A stretch of 64,000 nt of DNA from an uncultured Candidatus Saccharibacteria bacterium (GTDB taxonomy: Bacteria > Patescibacteriota > Minisyncoccia > Phycocordibacterales > CAYSCM01): positions 32,001-96,000 of the forward strand of contig CAYSCM010000001.1 in assembly GCA_964429815.1 (NCBI GenBank). The letters run 5' to 3'. Shown in pieces: positions 37,375 through 47,006 of the stretch (its first letter is position 1; every line of letters begins with the position of its first letter). The notes beneath the pieces are model-generated. The model was not told where the DNA came from, did not search any database, and saw nothing but the letters and a program-made list of their open reading frames with translations. The position numbers and the translations under genes were made by a program.

Positions 37375-38478
37375 TCAGTTCGTGAGAAGGTCGATATAGC
37401 GCTTCAGGTATTCCTTCTTGGTTGCCGCAAAGCCGGTGAGGCCGAGAACGAAATCCCCTGCCGTCGCCCTGCCATCTTTAATGGTCTCTCGCAGTGCGTC
37501 AGCGAACTCATTTATTGAGCGGCCTGCGACGATGGCGGAGCGTGCGCCGAGATTGTAGAGCTCCCGGGCTACGCCTACATCGGTCGACACGAAAGGGCAC
37601 CCGAGTGCCGCGGCTTCGACAAGCGCGAGTCCGTAGCCGTCATAAGCGCTGGTGAAAAGGAGGGCATCCGCGCTTTTATAGAGGCCGCCGAGATTCTCTC
37701 TCCAGCCCATGAATACAACTCTGTCGGAAATACCGAGGTTTTTTGCCCGAAACTCCAAATGTGCCCGGTCACTTCCATCTCCGGCAATACAAAGCCCTAC
37801 CCCTTTCGGCTGCAAGGCTATAACATCAATGGCCAGAGCGATGCCTTTTTCTTTCTCAAGCCGAGCCGCAACAAGCACGTGCTTGCGAAATTGCGGGTAC
37901 ATTTTCTTGAGATCACTACCTTCTTCTTCCCAGAGTTTTTTGAGATCCGTAAATATCGGCAGTACGTGGACGGGAGCTTTCAGGCGGAGGGGCCGTAGCG
38001 AGTCGACTATGCGTTTGCTGACGACGCGTATTGAGTTGGTTTTGGGTAAAAGTATCGTGCCGATGAACACTCGCAGGCGATTGAGCATCGAGAGCGAAGC
38101 AAAATAGGGGCTCAAAAAATCAGTATGGATCTGCGCCTGGAAGCGTGCGCGATGATACCGAGCCAGCCGCCAACCGACGAGCCCCGTCTCGAAGGGGTCT
38201 TGCGTGCTCACGACCGAGACACCCTTGATTTTTTTGCCGATGCGGTAGGCGCCCAACAGGTACAAGAGTCTGTGGCATGCACTCGTCGGATACAGGAAGA
38301 GATTTTCCTCTGCCACAGCAGCAAACCCGTGTCTTTTTGTCGAAAACACGATGACGTGAAGCTCGCTTCCTTTGTGCCTATGTGTTTCGAGCGCGTGAGC
38401 ATACTCCCGCAGGCGCTGCCGCACGGCGGAGCGCTCGTCGAATGCCTTTCGGTCTGTTGATACCATGAGCACCTTCAT
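37375..38478 (-). CDS. GT4-family glycosyltransferase
   Basis: YDGYGLALVEAAALGCPFVSTDVG. Confidence 0.75.
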   Translation of the reverse strand: MKVLMVSTDRKAFDERSAVRQRLREYAHALETHRHKGSELHVIVFSTKRHGFAAVAEENLFLYPTSACHRLLYLLGAYRIGKKIKGVSVVSTQDPFETGLVGWRLARYHRARFQAQIHTDFLSPYFASLSMLNRLRVFIGTILLPKTNSIRVVSKRIVDSLRPLRLKAPVHVLPIFTDLKKLWEEEGSDLKKMYPQFRKHVLVAARLEKEKGIALAIDVIALQPKGVGLCIAGDGSDRAHLEFRAKNLGISDRVVFMGWRENLGGLYKSADALLFTSAYDGYGLALVEAAALGCPFVSTDVGVARELYNLGARSAIVAGRSINEFADALRETIKDGRATAGDFVLGLTGFAATKKEYLKRYIDLLTN

Positions 38479-39587
38479 ACGTTTTTCTTCAAGAATTCCT
38501 CCACAGCCTCAACCATCTTCGCTTCAGAAAATTTGGCAAGCGAGCGCCTCCCTGCCGCGGAAAGTTTCCCCGCAAGTGAGCGCTCCCCGAGCACCCGGAG
38601 CATCGCGGTCTCCAGGGCTTTCCGATTGTTGTAGGGCACAAGAAGTCCGTTTTTGCCATCCTCGATGACTTCCGGGTTACCACCAACTTTGGTCGTCACG
38701 ATCGGAGTGCCGACGGCAAGGACTTCGAGAAGTTGGTGCGAGAGCCCTTCGTAGCCGGTATTGAGAACAAAAAGGTCCGCCGCTTTGATGTAGCGCAGGA
38801 GAACGTCGCGCTCGAGATTTCCTGCCAGAACGACATTCTCCTCGAGGCCTTTCGTTTCAATGAGCGTCTCAAGAGCTCCTCGCTGTGGCCCGTCCCCGGC
38901 AATCATGAGCTTCACGTTGGGGAATTTTTTACGTAGCGTCGGCACGGCCGAGATGAGGGTCTCAAAACCCTTCCAGGGTACGAGGCGCCCTGCGGACATG
39001 ACAAAAACCCCGTCGAACTGGAGTATCCCGCGCAGTACGTCGCGCCTCCCGGAGACCGCAATATCTTCAACGGCGCTTAAAATGACCTCGATTTTTTTTG
39101 CTTCGATCCCCCACTTCCCTATGACTTTCTTGAAATAGGCGCTCGGCACGATGATGCGCCGCGCCTTGCGGGCGACGTAGCGCTCGACGAAGACGAAGAG
39201 ACGGACAAGCGGGTGCGTTTGTCCCTGCTTTACGAAATCGTCGAGAAGTTCGGTGACACCGAATCGGTTCATGCCCTGCTCCCACGCGAAATCCCCCGCG
39301 ACGCGTAAGAGGAAGGTCTTTTTTCGAAACGAGGCGACGAGTGCAGCCGGGAACCCCACGGAAACGGGGTCGAGGGCGAGAATGGCGTCACAGCTCTCCG
39401 AGAGCTTCCACAGGAGGGCTAGGTACACGAGGTGGCGTACTCCGGGCGGAAACTTCCGGACCTTCCCAAAGTAGGCGACGGAAATTTCGATGCCGCGGCC
39501 GGGGAGGTGTGTGATGAGGCTTTTGGCAAAAGTAGCCGGCCCGCCGACATCAGGGGGGAGAAGCGGGGTCGCTAGCAAGAGCCGCAT
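38475..39587 (-). CDS. GT4-family glycosyltransferase
   Basis: YEGLSHQLLEVLAVGTPIVTTKVGG. Start MRLLLATP preferred. Confidence 0.75.
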   Translation of the reverse strand: MRLLLATPLLPPDVGGPATFAKSLITHLPGRGIEISVAYFGKVRKFPPGVRHLVYLALLWKLSESCDAILALDPVSVGFPAALVASFRKKTFLLRVAGDFAWEQGMNRFGVTELLDDFVKQGQTHPLVRLFVFVERYVARKARRIIVPSAYFKKVIGKWGIEAKKIEVILSAVEDIAVSGRRDVLRGILQFDGVFVMSAGRLVPWKGFETLISAVPTLRKKFPNVKLMIAGDGPQRGALETLIETKGLEENVVLAGNLERDVLLRYIKAADLFVLNTGYEGLSHQLLEVLAVGTPIVTTKVGGNPEVIEDGKNGLLVPYNNRKALETAMLRVLGERSLAGKLSAAGRRSLAKFSEAKMVEAVEEFLKKNV

Positions 39588-39620
39588 AGGAGTAGTATAA
39601 CGGCAAACCATGGCTCTCGG

Positions 39621-40829
39621 TCAGCGCGAAAGGAGCGGCATAAATACCCTTTCGCGCATACCGGCAGCGACGAGGCTCCAGTCATATTTTTCAAACACGA
39701 GCTTGCGAGCATACTTGACGACTCCCGAGACCTTCTCGGGACCGGCAAGAATATCTTCGACCGCCGCGACGATATCGCTCGGAGAGTCTTTATCGACGGC
39801 CCACCCGGTGGTCGGTTTGTCGGGGTTTCGTTTCGCATCAAACAGGAAGTCCGCAATGCCCCCTTCCTGGGTCCCAATGACGGGAATTCCTGCTGCCATA
39901 GCTTCGATGAATGAATTTCCCATGCCCTCCGAGCGGCTCGGGCGGATGAAAATATCGCACGCTTTGAGATACTTCGGCATCTCGTCATGAGAGAGCTGGC
40001 CGAGGAATTTCACCCGCCTCTCGACCCCAAGCTCCCGCGCAAGGGCCTTTAGTTTTATCTCGTCGGGCCCGACGCCAAAGACGACGAAATGGACACTCTG
40101 TGGAAGGCCGCGCTGTGCGCGTATGACGTCGTCGACAGCGTTTTTGTGGACAAGCCGGGAAGTCGTCACCAGAAAAACATCGCCCTCTTTCTTGCCGAGG
40201 AGCGTCTTCACCGTTTCCATCTCCTCGGGCGGATAGGAGGCCGAGAAACGTTTGGTATCAACGGCGTTCGGGATGATTTCAAGGCGCCCCTTGAAACCTC
40301 GTCGGCGCGCCCAGGAGCCTAAGAACGTGGAGATCGCTTGGATAGTGTCGGCCGTCGTGAAGGCGCGAGAAAAAAGTGGCCATACCGGGCGAGCCAGGCG
40401 TTCGATATGCTCCGGTGGATCACCTTCTTGGAGGGTGAGAATAAACGGGACCTTGGGGTGGAACCACTTGAAAAGCGCCGCGGGGATGCCACATGAGTGC
40501 GCCATCATTGCCCAGATAGCATCGAAGTGATACCTCCGGTGAAGCGAGAGGGCCTTCCAGGCCGCAAGAAACTGAAAGAGATGCTTATTGTAGTGGAGGG
40601 GAAATCGCTTAAGGTCTGCCATCGTGGGGTTCGGACGCGCAGGCCCAATGCGATGGACATACACATTTCCTATTTTTTCTTCCTTGGGAAGGGAGGAGTC
40701 GAATCTCAGGCACACCATGTGAAGTTCAATTTCAGATGTAGCAATGCGATCAGTAATTTCTTTGATAGCCACCTCTGCCCCGCCCACGTGCGGGTAATAG
40801 GTCAGGGAAAAAATGAGTATTCGTTTCAT
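39621..40829 (-). CDS. GT4-family glycosyltransferase
   Basis: SEGMGNSFIEAMAAGIPVIGTQEGG. Start MKRILIF at 40829 forms an ATGA overlap with the upstream gene. Confidence 0.8.
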   Translation of the reverse strand: MKRILIFSLTYYPHVGGAEVAIKEITDRIATSEIELHMVCLRFDSSLPKEEKIGNVYVHRIGPARPNPTMADLKRFPLHYNKHLFQFLAAWKALSLHRRYHFDAIWAMMAHSCGIPAALFKWFHPKVPFILTLQEGDPPEHIERLARPVWPLFSRAFTTADTIQAISTFLGSWARRRGFKGRLEIIPNAVDTKRFSASYPPEEMETVKTLLGKKEGDVFLVTTSRLVHKNAVDDVIRAQRGLPQSVHFVVFGVGPDEIKLKALARELGVERRVKFLGQLSHDEMPKYLKACDIFIRPSRSEGMGNSFIEAMAAGIPVIGTQEGGIADFLFDAKRNPDKPTTGWAVDKDSPSDIVAAVEDILAGPEKVSGVVKYARKLVFEKYDWSLVAAGMRERVFMPLLSR

Positions 40830-41689
40830 GTGCGCCGCGCTTCCTTGATGTATTCCTCGACGGACTTGGTTATCTTCCACCCGATGGATTCCGACCTACT
40901 GGTATCGATCGCGGAGCTCATACGATTCCCTGCACGCTCGGGAAGCATTTTAATTTCAGTGCCAAACAGTTTCGCAATGTCGAGGATGGAATATTCACGC
41001 ACATCCCCCAAACCATAGTCATCGCCCTCCCCCCTTTCCCCAACAATCACAAGTCCCTCGACAATGTCGTGCACGTGGGTAAAGTTGCGTTTTTGGGTGC
41101 CGGGAGACACGACCGTAAGGGGTTCCCCCGCAAGATATTTTTGTCGGAAGATTTCTATGACCGTACCGTACGCCCCCGCACGTTCACGCGGCCCATACAC
41201 GTTGTAAAAATAGGTGATCGCGTACGGGACGCCAAACCACACGCCGTAGTTATGAACCAGGTCCGTATTGCTTGCCTTACACCACGCATAGGGGCTCTGG
41301 TGCCTCCCAAGCCCATCATCAGCAAATTTTGTGGACGATCCGGCGTAGACGAGTTTTGATCCACGGTTTCGACAGAACTCCACCACCCCAAATGTTCCAA
41401 GTACATTGAGGTCCCATACCAGTGAAGGCTCGTCAAAGCTCTTTTCGACACGGGAATACTCCCCGAGGTGATATACAACATCAGGTTTCTCCGGTATGTG
41501 CGTGTCGATATCTTTGGTATGCCCCTCGCGATAGGTGACTCCAGGGACGTGATTTTCCCTCGAGCCGGTGAAATAGTTATCGAGGGATATGACCTTATGC
41601 CCATCTTTCGCGAGACGTTCACATAAGTGTGAGCCTATGAAACCGGCTCCGCCGGTCACTAGGATGAGTTTTTGTATAGCCAAAGCCAT
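40826..41689 (-). CDS. NAD-dependent epimerase/dehydratase (UDP-glucuronate decarboxylase-like)
   Basis: LVTGGAGFIGSHLCERL, LDNYFTGSRENH and YAWCK motifs. Confidence 0.75.
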   Translation of the reverse strand: MALAIQKLILVTGGAGFIGSHLCERLAKDGHKVISLDNYFTGSRENHVPGVTYREGHTKDIDTHIPEKPDVVYHLGEYSRVEKSFDEPSLVWDLNVLGTFGVVEFCRNRGSKLVYAGSSTKFADDGLGRHQSPYAWCKASNTDLVHNYGVWFGVPYAITYFYNVYGPRERAGAYGTVIEIFRQKYLAGEPLTVVSPGTQKRNFTHVHDIVEGLVIVGERGEGDDYGLGDVREYSILDIAKLFGTEIKMLPERAGNRMSSAIDTSRSESIGWKITKSVEEYIKEARRT

Positions 41690-41718
41690 GGAAGTTAAGC
41701 CTACGGTAGCGATTCTCT

Positions 41719-42498
41719 TTATTCAATGATCTCGTACTCGGCCGCTTCGGCTGACACTGAAATGCTCGAGTCGTGTTTTCGGCGCGCAAGGTATACAGCG
41801 CCTGCGCCGAGCGCTAGCACGGTGCCGAGCGCGAGCCACCACAGGTACGGGGAGTGTTGTTCCTCCCCAGTAGCCACGAACCCCGGCTTCGGGGTCAGTG
41901 CGCTCTCTACAACGCCCGGGGGTGGCTCGAGGTTGGCGGGCTTTCGCGACGCTTTTTGTGTAATCACATTTGGGGAAGAAGGAGCGGTTTTTGCTGTCGG
42001 GATATCGGCTTGCGCGAGTGCCCGACCTGGAGAAGGTTTCGCGGCGATGAAGCCTCCGAGGGTGCGTGAGAGCGAAAGTCCGTCCCCTGCCGCGCCAAGC
42101 GCGTGTGTGTACGTGACCGAATCGAGCGTCGAGCTTCCGCTCAAAAGCGCGATTGTTTCGCCGGTATTCGAGAGCGAAAACGAGCTATCAAAAAGCGCCC
42201 CGGTGTAAGATGGGTTGTCGGCCAAAAATTTCGCCGGATCGGCGGCGATGACCGCATACACCCCCGAAGCCAGAACAGACGTACCGGACGCTTTGAGAGT
42301 GTGTCTGACTCCACCCTCGAGCAGCCTGAGGGTCGTAAGGTCGACGGGTCCGCCTCCCCCGTTGTATACCTCGATCCACTCGCGGCCATCATCGGCACCA
42401 GGGAGGTCATAGAGCACCTCGCTGATAGAGACCTGCGCGAAAAGCGGTAGTGGAGCGACGAGGAGCCCGATAAGCGCGCTAGTTCGAGTCATCAGCAA
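41719..42498 (-). CDS. lamin-tail-domain (LTD) protein with signal peptide and C-terminal membrane anchor
   Basis: ISEVLYDLPGADDGREWIEVYNGG is the LTD signature. N-terminal hydrophobic leader and C-terminal YLWWLALGTVLALGAGAVYL helix. Confidence 0.7.
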   Translation of the reverse strand: MLMTRTSALIGLLVAPLPLFAQVSISEVLYDLPGADDGREWIEVYNGGGGPVDLTTLRLLEGGVRHTLKASGTSVLASGVYAVIAADPAKFLADNPSYTGALFDSSFSLSNTGETIALLSGSSTLDSVTYTHALGAAGDGLSLSRTLGGFIAAKPSPGRALAQADIPTAKTAPSSPNVITQKASRKPANLEPPPGVVESALTPKPGFVATGEEQHSPYLWWLALGTVLALGAGAVYLARRKHDSSISVSAEAAEYEIIE

Positions 42499-44260
42499 GC
42501 ATTTTTCGAAGCTCTTCGGGTGAGGGTTCGCCCGTATGCTGTTGTGTCGGAGTCGCTTCGTTGGTCAATTCTTTCGATGATTCCCCCTTTCGTTCCTCCT
42601 GGGCTCGAGCGCGCTCAGCCATAGCCTTTGCGAGTGCATCGCGCAGTGCATTGTTTTGTTTCGGAGTCTCCGGCTGCGCCTGCTCCCTTTTATCTTTCTT
42701 TTCGAGCTCTTTCCCGGCCACCTGGCGTAGCGTCTCGCGAAGTTTCGCAAGATGGTCTCCTGTCGACTGCTGCGGGCGAGAAGATATCTGTGAAGGAACT
42801 CCCGTGGAAGGAGGAGGTGCTCTTCTCTCCTCACGGCGGGTATCAGCTCCGCGCTCAGGGCGCGCTTCAGCATTACGATGTTCGCGGGGACGAGATCCCC
42901 CGTTGCGGTCTCGGGAGGAAACGCCCGCTCCGGCAGGAGCCGTCGATGGTCGCAGGGGTTCCACCGGTTCATGCCACTTGGCAATATCCCGCTCGACATC
43001 AGCACGTGGGCGAGCAAATTGCTGGCGCGACATCGCAAGGATTTCTTGCTTAAAGGAGCGCGTGGGTGCCTCAATTGGCGGAAGAGTTACGGCAGAAAAG
43101 GGCGGCGAGCCGACGCCGTCGATCATGAGTGAGAGGTATATCTGGCGAAGACCAAGGTTGACGATATCCTCTGCAGTAAATTTTGGCGCAAAAACTTTCT
43201 CCAGGAGCTCCGCATCGAGTGGACCCACTCGAAAGGCGATAGTGGTGCCAACGTTGCCAAACACCGCATCGCGCACCTCCTCTTCCATTTGTTCCACATA
43301 TTGATGTGCGATGGTGAGGGAGAGCCTATATTTGCGGGCCTCGGCAAGAATATCCGCAAAGGATGCATTCGCAAACGACTGAAACTCGTCTACGTAAAAA
43401 TAGAGACTGGGGAGTTTGGCCTGTGTTGCGGCGGAAGTATCTGCGCGGCTCATGGCGGCCAAATAGATGCGCGTGGTGAGCATAGAACCAAGAAGTGCTG
43501 TGTTTGTCTCCCCCACTAAGCCCTTGGAGAGATTCATGATGATGATTTTTTTCTCATCCATCAATTTACGCAAGTCAAAAGAAGATTTGGACTGTCCGAT
43601 GATGTTGCGAATAAGGGGGTTGGAGCTGTACTGCCCCACCTTGTTCTGAATTGCAGGGGTTGCTTCTGCTGCGAAGCGCTCAGTGTACTTGGCAAATTCA
43701 TTGACCCAAAACGCTTTCACTGATGGGTCGGAAATGTTAGCGACAACTCGATCTCGATAGGGTTTATCCGAGAGCATGCGGTTCACCGCAAGGAGCGTTG
43801 TGTCTGGATATTCCAAAAGTGCCAAGAGTGTATTGGTAAGGATGTATTCCATGCGGGCGCTCCAGGTGTCTGGGCCCCACACTTTTTTAAAGGCACTCAT
43901 AAGTCCCGAGGCGACGAAGTGTCTTCGCGCTGGACCCACATCTTCCATCACGTTGAAGGCCACCGGGTAGTCGGTATCAAACGGCGCGAAATAGAGCACG
44001 TCTTTCACACGCTCGGCCGGAATATAGTCGAGAAGTTTTTCAGCCGTGCCACCGTGCGGATCGATAAAGGCAAGTCCCTCACCATTCATAATGTCCTGGA
44101 TGGCCATGTTCTCGAGAAGAGTCGACTTACCCATGCCCGTTTTACCGATGACATAGACGTGCCGTGAGCGGTCTTTGGCTTTGATGCCAAAGGGGGTGCG
44201 CTTGCCGCGTGAGTCGGTAACAGCAAAATACGTTATCCTCTCGTCGGGATTCATCTTCAT
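42479..44260 (-). CDS. soluble VirD4/TraG/TraD-like (type IV coupling protein-like) P-loop ATPase with a disordered R/E/P-rich tail
   Basis: Walker A VIGKTGMGKST and Walker B-like FYVDEFQSF. The last roughly 170 aa are low-complexity. No N-terminal TM segments. Confidence 0.55.
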   Translation of the reverse strand: MKMNPDERITYFAVTDSRGKRTPFGIKAKDRSRHVYVIGKTGMGKSTLLENMAIQDIMNGEGLAFIDPHGGTAEKLLDYIPAERVKDVLYFAPFDTDYPVAFNVMEDVGPARRHFVASGLMSAFKKVWGPDTWSARMEYILTNTLLALLEYPDTTLLAVNRMLSDKPYRDRVVANISDPSVKAFWVNEFAKYTERFAAEATPAIQNKVGQYSSNPLIRNIIGQSKSSFDLRKLMDEKKIIIMNLSKGLVGETNTALLGSMLTTRIYLAAMSRADTSAATQAKLPSLYFYVDEFQSFANASFADILAEARKYRLSLTIAHQYVEQMEEEVRDAVFGNVGTTIAFRVGPLDAELLEKVFAPKFTAEDIVNLGLRQIYLSLMIDGVGSPPFSAVTLPPIEAPTRSFKQEILAMSRQQFARPRADVERDIAKWHEPVEPLRPSTAPAGAGVSSRDRNGGSRPREHRNAEARPERGADTRREERRAPPPSTGVPSQISSRPQQSTGDHLAKLRETLRQVAGKELEKKDKREQAQPETPKQNNALRDALAKAMAERARAQEERKGESSKELTNEATPTQQHTGEPSPEELRKMLADDSN

Positions 44261-44338
44261 GAGTATAGCAATTTTGCCGCCATCGCGATGCAAAAAGCCC
44301 CGCACTCTTTTGCGGGGCTTCCAGGTGTACGGCTTCGA

Positions 44339-44554
44339 TCAATGAACGCTGACCGGCTCGAGATCGTGGCTTTTCACGGCCTGGAACGCTGTGTCACGGT
44401 CGCTGATGATCGCGAGTTGGGTCCCGTCTGCCGCGTGGACGGAGAATGCGCGCTCACCATTTTCAACGACCGGCTTGATGTAGGCCACCCTATTTAGCAT
44501 CCACACCTGCCACTCAGCCTGCGTCAGGGGCCTGTAGATGGTGTCGGTTTTCAT
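44339..44554 (-). CDS. DUF1150-family small protein
   Basis: VAYIKPV...FSVHAADGTQLAIISDRDTAFQAVKSHDLEPVSVH matches the DUF1150 pattern from memory. SD GAGGTG at 44559-44564. Confidence 0.6.
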   Translation of the reverse strand: MKTDTIYRPLTQAEWQVWMLNRVAYIKPVVENGERAFSVHAADGTQLAIISDRDTAFQAVKSHDLEPVSVH

Positions 44555-44619
44555 GGCACACCTCGTCGTCGCTACCTTCAGTAGACCAGATATCCGATTT
44601 CACGCAATTGCGTTACGCA

Positions 44620-45975
44620 CTACTGTGCCGCTGTCGTCGAAGCCGCTGGTTCACGCGCCAACACCGTGCGCAAGCTCGTGTACTTGTTCGCGGCATCCCA
44701 GATGAGGTACGAGTTCAGGCCGGAGTCGAGGTTTGCTTGTATCTGCTCCTTCACCATGTCAGGCGTGTAGGTGACGGGGTAGTCAAACGATTGGAGCCAG
44801 GGGCGAATGATGGAAGCGGGATAGGCCGGCTTTGAGTACAGACCGCTCGCCAATTCCCTGGTCGTCGTGGGAGTCGTCGTCCCCGCCACTTCCACGGTTT
44901 TCATGATGGGCGTGTAGGCCATCGAAAAGAGCTCGGTGGTGGTCGCCATCGCCCGTGCGACTGCCGAGTCGAGAGAGACTCTAACCACCTTGTACGGGTC
45001 CGAGTTGACGTTTTTAAGTCCAACAAAGCCGCTGTTGTAGTGGGAAGGGTAGACCATTGGGTCTATGAAGTCGAAGTAGGGCATCGCGCGCTCGAGAACC
45101 TGTCCGATACCGAGGTCGTCGACGTGGACCGTCACATAGCCGAAGAGATCGGCGGACATAACGGCGCCGATCTGCTTTACGTGAGCGTGCAAATATTGGA
45201 AAAACTCCTCGAGCGCCTGCGCCTTGGTCTTCCCCTCGTCGAGCATATAAACCGCATCCGCCATAGGACCATCCGAGGGGAAGCGAATGTAATCGAAGTT
45301 AAGCTCGTCGAAGCCCATCTCCTCGTACGAGACTTTGCTCAGTTCGACGATGTAGTCCCAAAACGGTTTCGCGCCGACGTCGACAAACGAGAGTCCTCCA
45401 TAGTTTTTCCAAATCCCTCCCTTTTTGCTTTGCACCGCGAGATCGGGATGCTCCTTCGTGTAGGTGGGGTCTTGGAAGACAGTAATGCGGCCGATGACGT
45501 AAATGCCCTTGTCGTGCAGGTTTTTAACGAACGACTTCATGTCGGCCGCACCGCACGCTTTCGAGACATTATCCCGGAGGAGTGAGCTATCGGTCGGAAA
45601 GGCGATGCCGCCGGAGTAGTCCTTTATGTCAATGACGATTGCGTTGAGTTCGGTCCTGTCGATGAGCCCCAGAAGGTCTTTGCGGAACGAGGGCGTACCC
45701 GCCGCGCACTGGCTCATGTAGATGGCCTTCACGGGGTCCGGGGTCGGCACATGGGTGATCGAGGGGTGTTGCACGATGGTGGTCGTGGCCGCCGAGGTCG
45801 AGCTGGCGAGCGTGGCATTGTGATAAGACGTTTCAATAGCGGCCGGAATGCCGAAAAAGGCCGCCGCGGCCACGCCGGAGAGAAGAAGCCCAAGATAGGC
45901 TCCCCGGATAAGCCCCAAGGGCTGTTTTTTAGGAGCGCGCATCGACGCCAGGGCGTTCACGCATCGCGCTGTCAC
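44620..45975 (-). CDS. membrane-anchored putative glycoside hydrolase (DUF4015/GHL-type TIM barrel)
   Basis: NAIVIDIKDYSGGIAFP, GRITVFQDP and GFDELNFDYIRFPSDG motifs, with an N-terminal TM helix. Confidence 0.55.
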   Translation of the reverse strand: MTARCVNALASMRAPKKQPLGLIRGAYLGLLLSGVAAAAFFGIPAAIETSYHNATLASSTSAATTTIVQHPSITHVPTPDPVKAIYMSQCAAGTPSFRKDLLGLIDRTELNAIVIDIKDYSGGIAFPTDSSLLRDNVSKACGAADMKSFVKNLHDKGIYVIGRITVFQDPTYTKEHPDLAVQSKKGGIWKNYGGLSFVDVGAKPFWDYIVELSKVSYEEMGFDELNFDYIRFPSDGPMADAVYMLDEGKTKAQALEEFFQYLHAHVKQIGAVMSADLFGYVTVHVDDLGIGQVLERAMPYFDFIDPMVYPSHYNSGFVGLKNVNSDPYKVVRVSLDSAVARAMATTTELFSMAYTPIMKTVEVAGTTTPTTTRELASGLYSKPAYPASIIRPWLQSFDYPVTYTPDMVKEQIQANLDSGLNSYLIWDAANKYTSLRTVLAREPAASTTAAQ

Positions 45976-46129
45976 GACTGCGTCCCTCCTGCCGCAAGGC
46001 GAACGCGAGGGCGGCTACCAGTAATCCGAAGAGCACGTAGAGCGGGGTCTTCCAGGGGGTCGGAACGCCCACGAACGGCAAGAGAGCGACGAGGAGAGCG
46101 AACAGAATGATGGTGGCATGTTTGGACAT
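45929..46129 (-). CDS. small membrane protein (hypothetical)
   Basis: 66 aa from MSKHATIILFALLVALLPFVG, with two hydrophobic helices. Overlaps the start of the next gene. Confidence 0.4.
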   Translation of the reverse strand: MSKHATIILFALLVALLPFVGVPTPWKTPLYVLFGLLVAALAFALRQEGRSRDSAMRERPGVDARS

Positions 46130-46243
46130 GCGCACAGTATACCCTATAAGCACTGACCTAAGCGGGAACGAAGGTTCATTCCTGCATTTCACCCAAACCA
46201 GAGGGTCTTGAAGGGTCTGGAGGGGTTAGTGCTTGGGTATACC

Positions 46244-46927
46244 CTATGTACCTTCGACCATGACGACGAATTCACCCCGCACCGTATCGGGATTTTCCGC
46301 AAAGTGGGATTCGATCTCCGAAACGGTGCCCACCAGCGTCTCCTCGTACACCTTGGTGAGCTCGCGCGCGACCGCAATGCGCCGGGTTGGCGGGAGATGC
46401 GCCCTGAGCGACGCGAGGGTTTTCATAATGCGGTGCGGGGATTCATAGAAGACAACGACGCGAGATGAAGCGGCTATTTCCCTAAAGAGGGTTTCTCTCC
46501 CTTTTTTGTGGGGCAAAAAACCCAAGAAAGTAAATTCAGATACCGGAAATCCAGACGTTGAGAGAGCCGCAATCGCCGCGTTTGGTCCCGGAATGGCAAT
46601 AATTTTTACCTCAGGGAGCTTTTCGCGGATAAGAGCAACGAGACGAGAGCCTGGATCTGAAATTCCTGGAGTTCCTGCATCCGAAACAAGTGCCGCGCTC
46701 TTTTCCTCCGTGAGGGCGTCGAGAATTTCTCCGTGGCGTTTATCGGAGGCATGCGCGTTATAAGAAAGCATAGGCTTTTTGAGACCATATTCGTGGAGAA
46801 GCTTGCCGGTCACTCGTGTGTCTTCGCATACGACAATATCGACCTCAGAGAGTACTCGCAGCGCCCGCGAGGTAATATCCTCGAGATTACCGATGGGGGT
46901 CGCGACGATGTAGAGCATGACGGCCAT
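46244..46927 (-). CDS. rsmI: 16S rRNA (cytidine1402-2'-O)-methyltransferase
   Basis: LYIVATPIGNLEDITSRALRVL...VVCEDTR tetrapyrrole-methylase-fold signature. Confidence 0.85.
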   Translation of the reverse strand: MAVMLYIVATPIGNLEDITSRALRVLSEVDIVVCEDTRVTGKLLHEYGLKKPMLSYNAHASDKRHGEILDALTEEKSAALVSDAGTPGISDPGSRLVALIREKLPEVKIIAIPGPNAAIAALSTSGFPVSEFTFLGFLPHKKGRETLFREIAASSRVVVFYESPHRIMKTLASLRAHLPPTRRIAVARELTKVYEETLVGTVSEIESHFAENPDTVRGEFVVMVEGT

Positions 46928-47006
46928 GGCATGAACCTACCACAATTTGCCGAAGCTCGGAAAAGGGGTTTAATGGGTAACGGAACGGTGCAAAAAGGAG
47001 TTCGCA

